From positions 43,462,001 through 43,526,000 of the forward strand of contig OZ024742.1 of the NCBI GenBank assembly GCA_964016885.1: a stretch of DNA of 64,000 nt. Reading direction: 5' to 3'. The translations under genes were made by a program, and so were the position numbers. This document shows positions 42,318 through 53,848 of this stretch, piece after piece. The DNA comes from Eledone cirrhosa. Its lineage: Eukaryota. The notes under the pieces are model-generated. The model was not told the DNA's origin and searched no databases. It saw only the letters and a program-made list of their open reading frames with translations. Position 1 is the first letter of the stretch; each line of letters begins with the position of its first letter.

Positions 42318-42442
42318 ACAAAGCTGTTAAATTCTCTTTACAGTTATCATTTATTTCTTGGTGTCAACATTTTTGTTGTAGTTTGCAGTGGAACTTTATC
42401 AGTGACCAGGTTACAGACCTCAAAATAAATTATAACTATAAT

Positions 42443-42752
42443 TGGCCTTGCAATCGAAAGGTTGTGAGTTCAATTCTCAGACTGGGTGATGTGTTGTTTC
42501 CCTGAGCAAGACACTTTATTTCACATTGCTCCAGTTTACTCAGCTGTAGAAATGAGATGATAGGGACTGCGGTCCCTATCATTCCACTGCAAAGTGGTCA
42601 TGGAGGTGCAAAAAAAGCACCCAGCACTCACTGTAAATGAGGTTGGTGTTAGGAAGGGCATCCAGCTGTAGAAATCAAGCCAGAGTCAGTTCCCGTCCCA
42701 CCCTTGCAAGCAGGGAAAAGCGGACGTAAAATGAAATGAATGAATGAAATGA
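42443..42752 (+). mobile_element. SINE family B, head slightly truncated
   Basis: Near-identical to 44241-44597 and, in reverse, to 39085-39443. Confidence 0.9.
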
Positions 42753-42974
42753 AAGAGATTTTAACAGTTTTTTTGTGATTGGCTAAAACCCACAATGTGT
42801 GTTTTTCTGCAAATTTTGTTGTTTATACATACCTGTGAGTTTTGTAGGAAATAGTCTACCTCTGACAACACTTCAGATATTTCTATTACCTGTCATGTAT
42901 TAGTTTAATATTTGCAAGAGTGAACTCAGTTGAAGGTATTCAAGGATGTGTAGTGGCGAAAAACCAGGATACAG

Positions 42975-43238
42975 CCCGAGTTCAAATCCCACCAAGGTTA
43001 ACTTTGCCTTTCATCCTTACGGGGTTGATAAAATAAAGTACCAGTAATGCGCTGGGATAATTGCTGGCCTTGTGCCAAAAGTAGAAACTATTAGAGTAAA
43101 TATATGCTGAGATCAACTCTGCTTTTCATCCTTCTGAGGTTGATAAAATGAAGTACCAATCAAGTAGTGGGGTCAATATAATCGACTTTCCTCTCCCCAA
43201 ATATTTCTAGCCTTGTTGCTATGTTAGAAACCATTATT
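42975..43238 (+). mobile_element. Two adjacent SINE family A fragments
   Basis: GAGTTCAAATCCC...TTTGCCTTTCATCCTTACGGGGTTGATAAAATAAAGTACC, followed by an older variant. Confidence 0.75.
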
Positions 43239-44240
43239 AAACTAAATATACCTTGATCTACAAAGTTTACAACATTTAACACCAAGTACTGTACCGCATG
43301 AAACCACATTAGCAAAACATTCTTGAAAAATACAAAATAGCATTAAAAAATTGAAGTATTCTAATACGGCAAATTTTCACAAAAGTCTGTCCATCAGTAA
43401 AAAATATAAACATTTGAAATAAACCAATTTTTAGATATTTTTTTTATTAAATCATTACAGTATGTTAAATGTTAACATCTAACCATAGAAATCATTTAAC
43501 CTTTTTGATGCCAAACTGAAACTTCTCAGGATTTATAATACAAAACTACCCGTCCTTATTTTGAATGTAAGCTTCAAAGTAGGTTTTTCTTGACTATGTA
43601 AAATAGTTGAACAAGTTGTACATATATTTTTTTGTCTCAAGGCACTTAAATGCCCAACTTGTTTAATTACTTTTCTTAATCACAATACCTGCATTGAGGC
43701 AGCTCACATTAAGGTAACATTCAAAATTTTCTCAATGCTTTTCACCCTTTCCTGTACAGATTATCCCATTTGAGGTCAGGTGACCATGTCTTATTCATAT
43801 AGGAGTTTCAACGGCTGGATGAACATCTACCCATGCCAACAATACCTCTGTGATCCTATTCTACACACCCACTCAACAATGCCTTTTGTCATGTCACCTC
43901 TCAGTTTATCTTCCTCTCTACCTCCCTTCCCTTAAATTCAAGATGCTTTCCTGATGAAGGCCAGAAGAGGTAACTAGCTGAAGCCGCTGAGCTTGCAGTC
44001 ATTCCTCTACTTTTACTTTTATATATACTAGAATCTTTTTCAATACGCTGACGTGTATGTGCATACATATGTATGAGTATATAAATATAAATGCACAAAC
44101 TCAAACAAAAACAGTGTAGCAAATGAAACGCCAGCCAGTTTTACTATAGTTTTTTATCATCACCTTTTCTTTCTTTTACACAAAAACTGTGTGATAGACA
44201 GAAGTCGCTCAAATTTAAATATATATATTAATACACATAT

Positions 44241-44597
44241 GGAGGCACATGGCTTAGTGGTTAGAGCATTGACCTTGCAATCGAAAGGTTGTGAGTTCAA
44301 TTCTCAGACCGGGTGATGTGTTGTTTCCTTGAGCAAGACACTTTATTTCACATTGATCCAGTTTACTCAGCTGTAGAAATGAGATGATAGGACTGGGGTC
44401 CCTCTCATTCCACTGCAAAAAAGCACCCAGCCCACACTGCAAAGTGGACGTGTAGGTGCCGCAGAAAAAAAAGCACCCAGCACTCACTGTAAATGAGGTT
44501 GATGTTAGGAAGGGGACCCAGCTGTAGAAATCAAGCCAGAATCAGTTCCCGTCCCACCCTTGCAAGCAGGGAAAAGCGGACGTAAAATGATGATGAT
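44241..44597 (+). mobile_element. SINE family B, full length
   Basis: GGAGGCACATGGCTTAGTGGTTAGAGC...GAGTTCAATTC tRNA-like head. Tail CCCACCCTTGCAAGCAGGGAAAAGCGGACGTAAAATGATGAT. Confidence 0.92.
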
Positions 44598-45479
44598 ACA
44601 ATTTACATTTAGTTCAAGCTTAAAAAAGACAAACACAGAGATACAACTGCACTAAGTCTTAGTTTCATGCTTGTTGGAAAAGTAAAAGGGAATGTCTCAA
44701 CATAGATGTTAGTCTATCAAGGAAAAGTAATATATAAAGGTTGATGTCCATTTTTTTTCTGTTATGGGGCTCACGTGCCTTGTTATTAGATTATTTTCTG
44801 TAGTCAAAATACAGCGAAAACTAATTCTCAAATTTTCAAGGGTTACCATATTCTAAACAAATATGCTCATTTACATATATCATCATCATTGTTTAACATC
44901 TATTTTCCATGCTTGCATCAATTAGATGAGACAAGTCGGGTCAGGAGACTATCTTGTTCATACGAACCTGTATTTTGGCTTGGTTTCTATGGTTGGATGC
45001 CCTTGCTAACACCAACCACATTACAATGTAGATGGTGGCACCAGTACGATGACTTTCCAGAGTGAACTGGGCGCTTTATATATATATATACGCACACAAT
45101 TCTACATGCATATTCCCTTTACCAGGCTATACAAGAACACGTCACCAGACACACACCAACCCACTACACAACCACACACACCAACCCACCCATACATAAA
45201 TTCAGATGAAAACAAAAATAATTCTAACATAGGCACAAAGCCAGTAATTATTTGAGGAGAAAGGAAAGTTGATTAAATCAACCCCAGTACTTTACTGGTA
45301 CTGTAGTTTATTGATCCTTGCAAGGATGAAAGGCAAAGTTGACCATGGCAGGATTTGAACTCAGAATGTAAAGAGCCATAATAAATACCACAGAGCATTT
45401 GTCAGATACCTCTGTGTTTTCCTTGAAAGTCCCAAACAAGGCATGAAGCAACTAAGTGTAAGAGACTAGGAAGAAATTA

Positions 45480-45860
45480 AGACAAAAGGAATGAATTTAT
45501 TTTAAGACTTGAAAGAGTTCAGGTCTTAAGAAAGAGGAAATCAATGAGACAGAAGAGAGTCCCAAAGTCTGGCAGTTCAAGGAAAAAAGCTACGACCTTA
45601 GAAAAACTTCCATATTTGTGGAACTACAACACCATCCAGATGAAGATGCTGTCAGTTTCGAGTTAAGCGAGATGACACAAAGTGATTGTGAACCAAAAGA
45701 GAAAGTTCATCAGAGCACTTCCTGTGGTAATATCAATAGAAAAGACTAAGTCTGGCTATGTCATTTTGATGTGACAAAGGTTGCAGAGTTGAAGCAAGAG
45801 AGGGACCAATCAAATTAGAGACTCACTTCTGAACCCAGTCGAGGAGATTCAAGTGACAAT
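45480..45860 (-). mobile_element. Old CR1-like LINE 3' fragment
   Basis: Minus-strand remnants HLNLLDWVQK, SLQPLSH...ARLSLFY.YYHRKCSDELS and SFFP.TARLWDSL, with stops. Confidence 0.75.
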
Positions 45861-45922
45861 CCGCCATCCTCTGAAAACAGAAAAATAATAAACACTTTTG
45901 TTCAATTTTTATATAATTTTAC

Positions 45923-45928
45923 TTTATT
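45923..45928 (-). terminator. Candidate polyadenylation signal of COX5B
   Basis: AATAAA on the - strand ~100 nt after the stop codon. Confidence 0.5.
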
Positions 45929-46028
45929 TAATGGCTTAAATTGGAAATTAATAGAACGAGAAAATAATATTGACTGAATACAGTTCTATGTCAGCTGTGT
46001 AATGTTTCCTACTGGTTGCATATGTTCA

Positions 46029-46141
46029 TTAATATTCAATAGGTTTTAATTCTGATAATTTAAACCAATGCCCACATTGACACCTTTTCGGCTCTCCTTT
46101 GTACAGGTGCATCCAATGTATAGCTAATGATTCTTCTTCAC
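46029..46141 (-). CDS. COX5B: Cytochrome c oxidase subunit 5B, last coding exon
   Basis: TTTCTCATTTCAG acceptor. Encodes (C)EEESLAIHWMHLYKGEPKRCQCGHWFKLSELKPIEY-stop, the hallmark COX5B zinc-site motif. Confidence 0.95.
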
Positions 46142-46559
46142 CTGAAATGAGAAAGCAATATTTATTTTCTATTCACAAAAACACACACACAGACGTACAT
46201 ACCATCAAAGATGGAAAATTGGTAGGCTTGTTAGCACATTCAATAGAATACATGGCAGTATTCATTCTACCTCCCATCATTCTCAGTTTAATTTTGCCTT
46301 TTGAGTTTGACAAACTACCAGTTCTTTTTCTCTCTACCTCTAAATAGAAAATGGTTGTGTTCAGAGCTGGAGAAGGATGAGCCTCATCAGGTTCAAAATG
46401 TCCAAGACATGCTATGTCACCAGCCCTACTAATACTTGGATGGATAATATTACATTCATCTTTTTCTCCCGAGCTGGCATGAGTCAGAAGATTTTTTGAA
46501 GGAGAACTCTACAGTCAAATGCCACGTCTCGACATCAAACTTCACTTTTTGAAGGAGAA

Positions 46560-46912
46560 TTCTAGAGCCAAATACCCTTCCTTCCTACAAACTAGAACTT
46601 TAGTCTTAGACAAGTTAACTTTAAGGCCTTTTGATTCTAGGCCATGCTTCCATGTTTGGAATTTCTTCTCTAGTTCAGCCATTGATTCAGCTATGAGCGT
46701 TAGATCATCTGCATATAGGAGTTCCCATGGGCAGCCGGTCTTGAACTCCTGTTATAGCCTGAAGGGCAATAATAAATAGTAGGGGGCTAAGGACGGGGCC
46801 CTGATGAACACCAACTTTTACGCTAAACTCTTCACTATATTCGTTGTTAATTCTAACCTTGCTGACTGTTTCTTTATACATGGCTTGTATAGCTCTCACA
46901 AGCCATTCATCT
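46560..46912 (-). mobile_element. RTE LINE RT fragment in a COX5B intron
   Basis: EWLVRAIQAMY...VGVHQGPVLSPLLFII, then a frameshift, then FKTGCPWELLYADDL. Related to but distinct from 31868-34181. Confidence 0.9.
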
Positions 46913-46972
46913 TTTCATTAACCATATACAATGCTTTATAACCTGGTCAGCATGACATACCTTGACTCTTCC

Positions 46973-48426
46973 TTAACCCTTTAGCAGTCACATTGAATTG
47001 TCAAATGTCATGTTCATCTATTCGTATTATTTTCACTTAATTATACTCAAGAGGGTTATCAATTTTATTTGTTTGTAATTACTTTAATTTTCTATGTGCA
47101 GACTTGAAATTTTGTCAGTAGATGTTTAAATAACTATAATTTACAATTATATATTTTTACCTGTTTTTTTTTGTTAAATTTGACTTTTATGGGCAGGTGA
47201 AATCAATTAACAGGTGTAAAAGTAATAACTTTACGGATAAACACAAAAATTTAAACTTTATCTGCCTTATCTGTTAGATTTGTTGCAAAAAAAATCCAAT
47301 AATGATCTAGATGCTGATTTCCATCAATTCTAGCAGTTTTCCGAACAGGTGAATTAATTAAAAATACAGGTGTAATCAGTACAAGGTTTTAGTCTTTCTC
47401 TACATTCCAGGCAAATATTTTCATTGAAATAAATGTGTACAAAACCTTTTTACCAGTCAAAATAATATTGGCAATGCACTCTGTAAATATACGGTGTAAA
47501 ATTACCTAACAGAAAGTTCCCAATATATAAGTTTATACACACTTTTAAATTTTTCTGACATTTCAATTAATGGTCGTGTACAGTGGGTCGTAATTTGATT
47601 CATTTCTACCAGGGGCATTTGAAGTATCAACCAGGTGCAAATACTGGTTTAATTTGATGAATCTCGTTTTTGCCATAATACTAGATATATAAGGGTCACC
47701 AAACCTTATATCAGTACTCCAATTCCACAGTCGTGGAAATTGTTTAATACCAAACATAATATTTATGGTAAAAAACGCTTTCATTTCGGCAGAATCTGTC
47801 GGACGCCATAACAGATCGGGTTTTCCGATATTAGAAATTTGTCGTTGTGCATAGCGATTTGCCACAACTTAGAAGAAAGTTTGTGGTAAAAATAAAAAAT
47901 AATAATCCAGTGCTTTTAGCATCGGGTGATAATGTGTGTTGTGGTCCAATATTTTCAGTAAAATCCAAAACATGTATCGATGTTTCTTTCAACCACGTTG
48001 GTGTTTTTTCAATGGTGTCAGTCAAATCTCTTTCACTTTCAAAGTGATTATCAGATATATCAGAAATAAATATATCTGATTCGTTTGAAGATAAATCACT
48101 GATATCATCTTCCGTTTCTTTTTGATCTCAAATGTCGTCGGACGTAAAACCTTCAAATTCGTTGTCGCTACTTTCGGAAGCCATTACACTTTCAACGTTA
48201 AAAACACATGTTTTCGCAAGTTCTTTAACTATACTAAGAGTTAATTTTCGTGCGTAAGGGCTTTATCTCGCAGTAATCTCGAATTGATGAGATTTCGATG
48301 ATGTCAATGTTTATTTTTAGAAGGGAGATCTCTGTGTGTTATTAAATGTCGGTTTTTGTCGGTTTGAATAAATGAAAGGGGACATAGTCTTGTCGGTTTT
48401 TGTCGGTTTGAATGCTAAAGGGTTAA
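46973..48426 (-). mobile_element. Internally deleted piggyBac transposon with a broken transposase N-terminus
   Basis: TTAA-CCCTTTAGCA...TGCTAAAGGG-TTAA ends. Acidic start MASESSDNEFEGF at ~48184. ORF 47563-47865 (NRYA...WRPTDSAEMKAFF...WST...IMAKTRFIKLNQYLHL..N...YDPLY) is PGBD4-like. Confidence 0.92.
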
Positions 48427-48841
48427 ATGGAAGTAGGGAAATTTCCCCCATAAAATCTAAAATTTACAATAAAACTATAACATGGGTTGGTTCGTTATAG
48501 ACAAAGTAATTTATTAGAGCAACAGGTTTCTACTGGAGCTACCTACTAACCACTTTGCAGGGTGTACTAGGTGCATTTTATCATGGCACTAACACTAGAG
48601 AGGTTGTCTTTGACATGACCAAAGAGTCAATTAAAAATAGAAATTTACAAATCTGATTATTTTGAATAGAAAAAGATTATGTATGGATCTAACTGGTAAA
48701 CACTGTGAAAGCATAAATATTTTGAATTAGAAAGAAGGCATGGGGCAGGGTGTTATTGCATTGGAAAGAGGTTATCCATTGTTATAATTTATTGAAAAAA
48801 ATGCATGAAATAGAAAAATAGAAATAAACAAGGTTACTTAC

Positions 48842-48941
48842 ATATACATCCAACCAGCCGCATATCAAATAGTGATGGTACAAGGTTGGGCTCACTAGAA
48901 GTTCCTTTTCCCCTTTTCTTCACATTCATTTCAAAGGGATC
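48842..48941 (-). CDS. COX5B: Cytochrome c oxidase subunit 5B, internal exon
   Basis: TTTTCCTTTTCTAG acceptor and GTAAGT donor. 100 nt, phase 0 to 1. Encodes DPFEMNVKKRGKGTSSEPNLVPSLFDMRLVGCI(C). Confidence 0.95.
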
Positions 48942-49212
48942 CTAGAAAAGGAAAATTGGACGACACATGATAGACTAACGTATAATAATTTCAGCCAGGG
49001 AGCTGTGGCTATAGACCACTGCAGCTTCCATCCATTGGAGTTAGGAAGGGAATCCAGTTGTAGAAACCAAGCCAGAAACAGTTCAGTATGAGCAAAACAG
49101 TTCAGTATGAGCAAAACAGTTCAGTATGAGCAAAACATGGTCATCTGACCCGACTTGTCTCACAAGACAACACATCTAACCCATGCTAACATGGAAAAAT
49201 GGACATATGATT

Positions 49213-49931
49213 ATATATACTCGAATATAAGCCAATTTCTATTTTATGTCTGAGAGTAGGCAAAAAACAAACCCCATTTATAAGCCAAGGCAGGTAATCA
49301 ACACATTATATTTAGATGGTGCAGTTTTGAAATTCGCATGAGTGGAGAATATATTTATGAAGTTTTAATATTTTGATATTTAACCCTTTAGCATTTTACA
49401 TTACTCTGTATTTATTATTGTATTTTGTGGTAAAGGCTTTATCTAACAATTATCCCACATAATATCGAATCCACCACGAGCTTTTGGTATTATTTTTTTG
49501 AGAACAATACCTTAAAAAGGGATGAGTGGCCGGTTACAGCCAGTTTAAACAGAAAGAGGTGAGGGAATTCTGGCTGGATACAGCACTGCAGCTTCCATCC
49601 ATTGGAGTTAGGAAGGGAATCCAGTTGTAGAAACCAAGCCAGAAACAGTTCAGTATGAGCAAAACATGTTTTAAGTGTTGTTTAAAAAATCCAATATGTA
49701 ATTTTTTTTTATCAATTTCTGGCATCCGAAACAATAGGAAATACGCATTTCACGTCGACAGTGAAACCAGTATAATATTCATCTCCAAATATTTTAACAC
49801 CTCATTTATGTAAAGCACTGCCTCAAAAAGTCCTGTCTATCTCATGCAAAATATTGATCTCGAATATAAGCAACCCCCCCTCTCCATTGATTTTTTTTCT
49901 TTTGTCGGCTTATCTATGAGTATATACGGTA
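49213..49931. mobile_element. pogo/Tigger-like non-autonomous element containing a truncated piggyBac MITE (49380-49585)
   Basis: TATATACTCGAATATAAGCC at the left end and GGCTTATCTATGAGTATATACGGTA at the right form imperfect inverted termini. Confidence 0.6.
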
Positions 49932-50059
49932 TATATATACTATTAATGTTTATAGGTATAAACATTTATGATGGTGTGACTACATAGATGAAGCAGGTAG
50001 TCATATTTATTGTATTTATCTTGGTTGATTATTAGTCAAGATTTGAAGGTCTTCCTTAT

Positions 50060-50175
50060 AGTTTCTGTATAGCAAATTCAATCACAAGGCCTTAGTTAAC
50101 CCAAAGTGCTAAATAGTGGGGGTAAATACCAAACCACATGGTTTTGAAGCGAAGTTCTTAACCACACAGCCATAT
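50060..50175 (-). mobile_element. tRNA-derived SINE (family C) head, degraded
   Basis: CACAAGGC(C/T)TTGGT...AACCACATGGTT...CTTAACCACACAGCCA motif. Related copies at ~51810-51950, ~53945-54085, ~58525-58660, ~62455-62600 and ~63100-63230. Confidence 0.6.
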
Positions 50176-51078
50176 TTTTGCCTATATATCTATGCATGAA
50201 TGCATGTATAAACGCATGCCTACCAATGAACCCATGTCTGAATATGTTACATGCAAAGTAATGAGCATATAGGCTTCGCGCCCCCCACTCAAGCTAGTTT
50301 ACTTAATGTTTCTTTAGTTTGTGTGTACACTTTATGTACACTTTAAAAACCAAAAGATATAGTTGAATTATTTCCCTTAACTAACGTATTTTTTTAACGT
50401 CTGCTTTCTGTCAACATGAATACATGCATATGTACATGTGTGTGTGTGCATGTATGTGAACACCCAATAAAAAAGAAGCTCATAGGTGACCATCCTGATC
50501 ACAAACCAATCAAGAAGTAAAATTGTTGCAACATACTGAGAGTAAACAGAATAATGGAACACACTAAGCTGAGACTAAACTATACATTAAATATTTACTC
50601 TATTCTTTTTTTAATTTGTGTGTAACCATGTAAGTGATTTCAGAAATACATGAACTATGTATTTGTGTCTGTGTGCTCATGAGTATATGTGGGTATTCCT
50701 ACATGTAAGAGACGACTAAAAGGGTTAGCGTTAGGAAGGGCATCCAGCTGTACAACACAGCCTCAAAAAGTACTGTCTATTCCATGTCAGCATGAAAAGA
50801 GGAATGTAAAAACGATATTGTTGTGTCCACTTCTCAGTGTTGACATTGGTTGTAGATAGTATTTGAAAAGGTGCATTAAACATCAGTTTAATAACAAGAA
50901 AGTTATTTTACAAAAGCCCTTCAAATTCTTTATTTTCAATTTTCAACTATTTACATTGTCTAATCCTCAGCATGAATGTTACAAATCAAGTTTGAAGAAA
51001 CAAAACAGGTAACATCACAGCATCTAATGGTAGGTGTGATGGTTAATTTTTTTTAGAGTGGATTTAAGTTATTCTTAC

Positions 51079-51164
51079 CTCATTTCCTGCAAGTTTTGCC
51101 AACATTTCAAACCGTTCTACACCAACAGCATGGCCAAGACCATCGGGCATGGAGACATCAGAAG
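51079..51164 (-). CDS. COX5B: Cytochrome c oxidase subunit 5B, first mapped exon (start of the mature region)
   Basis: CTTTTGTATTGCAG acceptor and GAG|GTAAGA donor. 86 nt, phase 1 to 0. Encodes SDVSMPDGLGHAVGVERFEMLAKLAGNE. The presequence exon was not located. Confidence 0.93.
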
Positions 51165-52578
51165 CTGCAATACAAAAGACAATGTACAAATAGTGATGGA
51201 AAAAAATCATTTATATCAGTGGTCCTAAAGTGGTCATTGTCAACCCCCAGGGTTCTATAAGGCCACTGGAGGTTGATTGTATAAGAAATGAGAAGATACA
51301 ATACAATAAAATACAACTTGCTTATACAGGTTTCTGATTTATTTATATGTTGGAGTTAATAAGGTTGAAGGTCTAAAAAGTTTAGGGGTCTCTGATTTAT
51401 TAGAAGCATTTTTTAAATTAAAACCAGAGTAGTTTTTTTTTTTTATTATTAAAACTACATTAAGCTGTCAACTAAACCTTTCATTGACGAGGTCAGCCAT
51501 ATCTTTACAGCTTAATTTCACAGCTGGATAATCTCTCAGAAAGTTGCTTTCCAACACCTTAATATCATCATATCTACAGTAACAGACTAATATAGGGGAA
51601 AGAGTGTACCTTAATGTAAAATTTGTTAAATTATAATTAACCTAGGGATCATTTTTATTATTTTTAATATAAAATAACTTTAATATGTGTACAATATAAA
51701 ATTTAAAAATATTCAATTATAAGGAATGCATAATTTTTTACTTCTTTAACAGTGCAGTTGAAAAGTATATTGCAATGACCATAGTAATATTACAGGACTG
51801 CATTATTGTGATGGAGGCATAGCTGAGATGTTAACAAGTTCATTTTGCAATCATAAGGTTCAATGAAACTTTATGGCATCTAGAGTAAGTATCTTTACCA
51901 TAGCCTTGGATTGAGCTAAGTCTTGCGAATGAAATTGGCTACACAGATGGACTGTACCTGTAATTCAAAAGTTCTGTCTTGTTATATATTGTGTCACTTA
52001 TTTGACTTAGGAATTAAATTAAGGGTATATGTATCTGTGGAATTCTCAACCACTTACGTGTTAATTTATGAGCTGAGCTTTTGCTTGATTGAATGACAAT
52101 GCCTGGTCAAAATCAGAGAAGATCCAACATCATTGTATTAGTTGGCTCATTAAATCTAAAATATGTTAAGATTTACTGCACTGTGTAGGAAACCTTAGAT
52201 AAGACACACCATTCAACCATATATAAATATATTTAACACCACTAGTGTTGTATGGGAAACTTTAAAGAAAATACAACAGTTCAAAAATACATCTAACACC
52301 ATTGGTATTATGTGGGAAACTATAAACAAGACACACCACTCTATACAAATACATCAACATATATAGCATACTTTGTATGAATGCTGAAATGATAAAGCCA
52401 AGACAAAACATACCAGTGTATATGAATGTACCAACATATTCAGTATCATTAATATTATGATAATTAAACTGTAAAACTTTGAACATAAACCATTCGGCAT
52501 GAATGTATCTAAGACCATTATTATGTAACTTTAGTTTTAAACCGTAGGCATATTCAACATCATTATTATGATAACACC

Positions 52579-52975
52579 AGGGCAGTGGATTGGCAGTATC
52601 GGTAGAGTCGGACACCATGCTTTGAAGCATAGAGTTACGTCTCTTTACGGTCTGAGTTCAAATCCCGCCGAGGTTAACTTTGCCTTTCATCCTTACGGGG
52701 TCGATAAAATAAAGTACCAGTAATGCACTGGGTAATTGCTGGCCTTGTGCCAAAAGTAGAAACAATTATTATAACAAAAGGGCGGTGGATTGGCAGTATC
52801 GGTAGATGGTCGGACGCCATGATTTGACGAATAGAGTTATGGCCCTTGCCCTTCTGAGTTCGAATCCCGCCGAGGCTAACTTTGCCTTTCATCCTTATGG
52901 GGTCGATAATATAAAGTACCAGTAATGCACTGGGTAATTGCTGGCCTTGTGTCAAAAAGTAGAAACAATTATTAT
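52579..52975 (+). mobile_element. Head-to-tail pair of family A SINEs
   Basis: Two ~195-bp copies starting GGGC(A/G)GTGGATTGGCAGTATCGGTAGA, each with a GTTC(A/G)AATCCC B box. Confidence 0.92.
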
Positions 52976-53712
52976 GATAACTAAATTGTTAAACCTTAAA
53001 CATTTTTAACAATTACTGATGCTAAAACAATCTTTGTTCCTATTAAATATTTCTTAAAAGCTTGAGTCAACCCCCACCTTCAGATAAACCCTTTTGGAGA
53101 GAAATCAACAAGAACTACTTTATCATTCAATATGTTTTGGATGCTATCAAAATGGTATTTTGACACATATGTGCATTTGTGCGTGCTGGTGCCACAATAA
53201 AATGCACCCACAACACACTGTAAATTAGTTGGTGTTAGGAATCTTCAGTCACGTCACAGCATTCATTTATAAGAAGCAATTGCAGCATGTTACAACACAG
53301 CACAAAACAAAACTGAATGGGAAAACACTCACAGAATTCCTAAGATAAATAGTAGTAATATTTATATCACAATACACTGCCAAGTCATAGAGCAATGCTA
53401 ACAGCATAAACACATAAATGTGTGACATGTAATGTATAAGTTTAACAGTCAAGCTTCAAATTTCAGTAAGAAAACAATTATAATGATGATGAAAAAAGAA
53501 AGAACTGCAGTGAAAATAACCCTGATGAGACTTTGAAAGTCTAGAAATGTCAATTACATTGTGGATTTAGAAACTTTGTTGTTCCTGCAAGTCTTATAGG
53601 AAAATAGTAAAAATCTAATAAAATATTAAAATGGCTATCCCCCACCCCATATATATAATTTAAAAAGAATGATAAATAACTAATTTTAAATTCCTTTAAA
53701 ACAAACTTACAC

Positions 53713-53848
53713 AGTCCAGCTGAATAGTAAAATTTCTACGCTAAACTCTTTCAGCTGTCATACCAGCTCTTCAGACAGCCTGTCAATCTGAAAAGCTAAT
53801 ATGACAACTGAAAAGCTTACAGTATACATTTTATTATTCTGCAGGACT
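53713..53848 (-). other. 136-bp imperfect palindrome / long hairpin
   Basis: Arms 53713-53775 and 53787-53848 are reverse complements around an 11-nt loop. Confidence 0.85.

Noticed and set aside
43945-44010. CTGATGA hammerhead-like start
   Set aside because: No GAAA core and no stem I pairing.
44241-44315. tRNA genes at SINE heads (also 52579, 52779)
   Set aside because: A/B boxes are present, but they continue into SINE bodies and tails and no intact cloverleaf was seen.
52262-52630. 122-aa minus-strand ORF
   Set aside because: It starts inside an antisense SINE head, has low-information AT-rich composition and shows no family motif.
53515-53570. Hammerhead-like CTGATGA-GACTTTGAAAGTC-TAGAAATGT...ACATT
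   Set aside because: Stems II and III can form, but there are two extra bases before GAAA and stem I does not pair.
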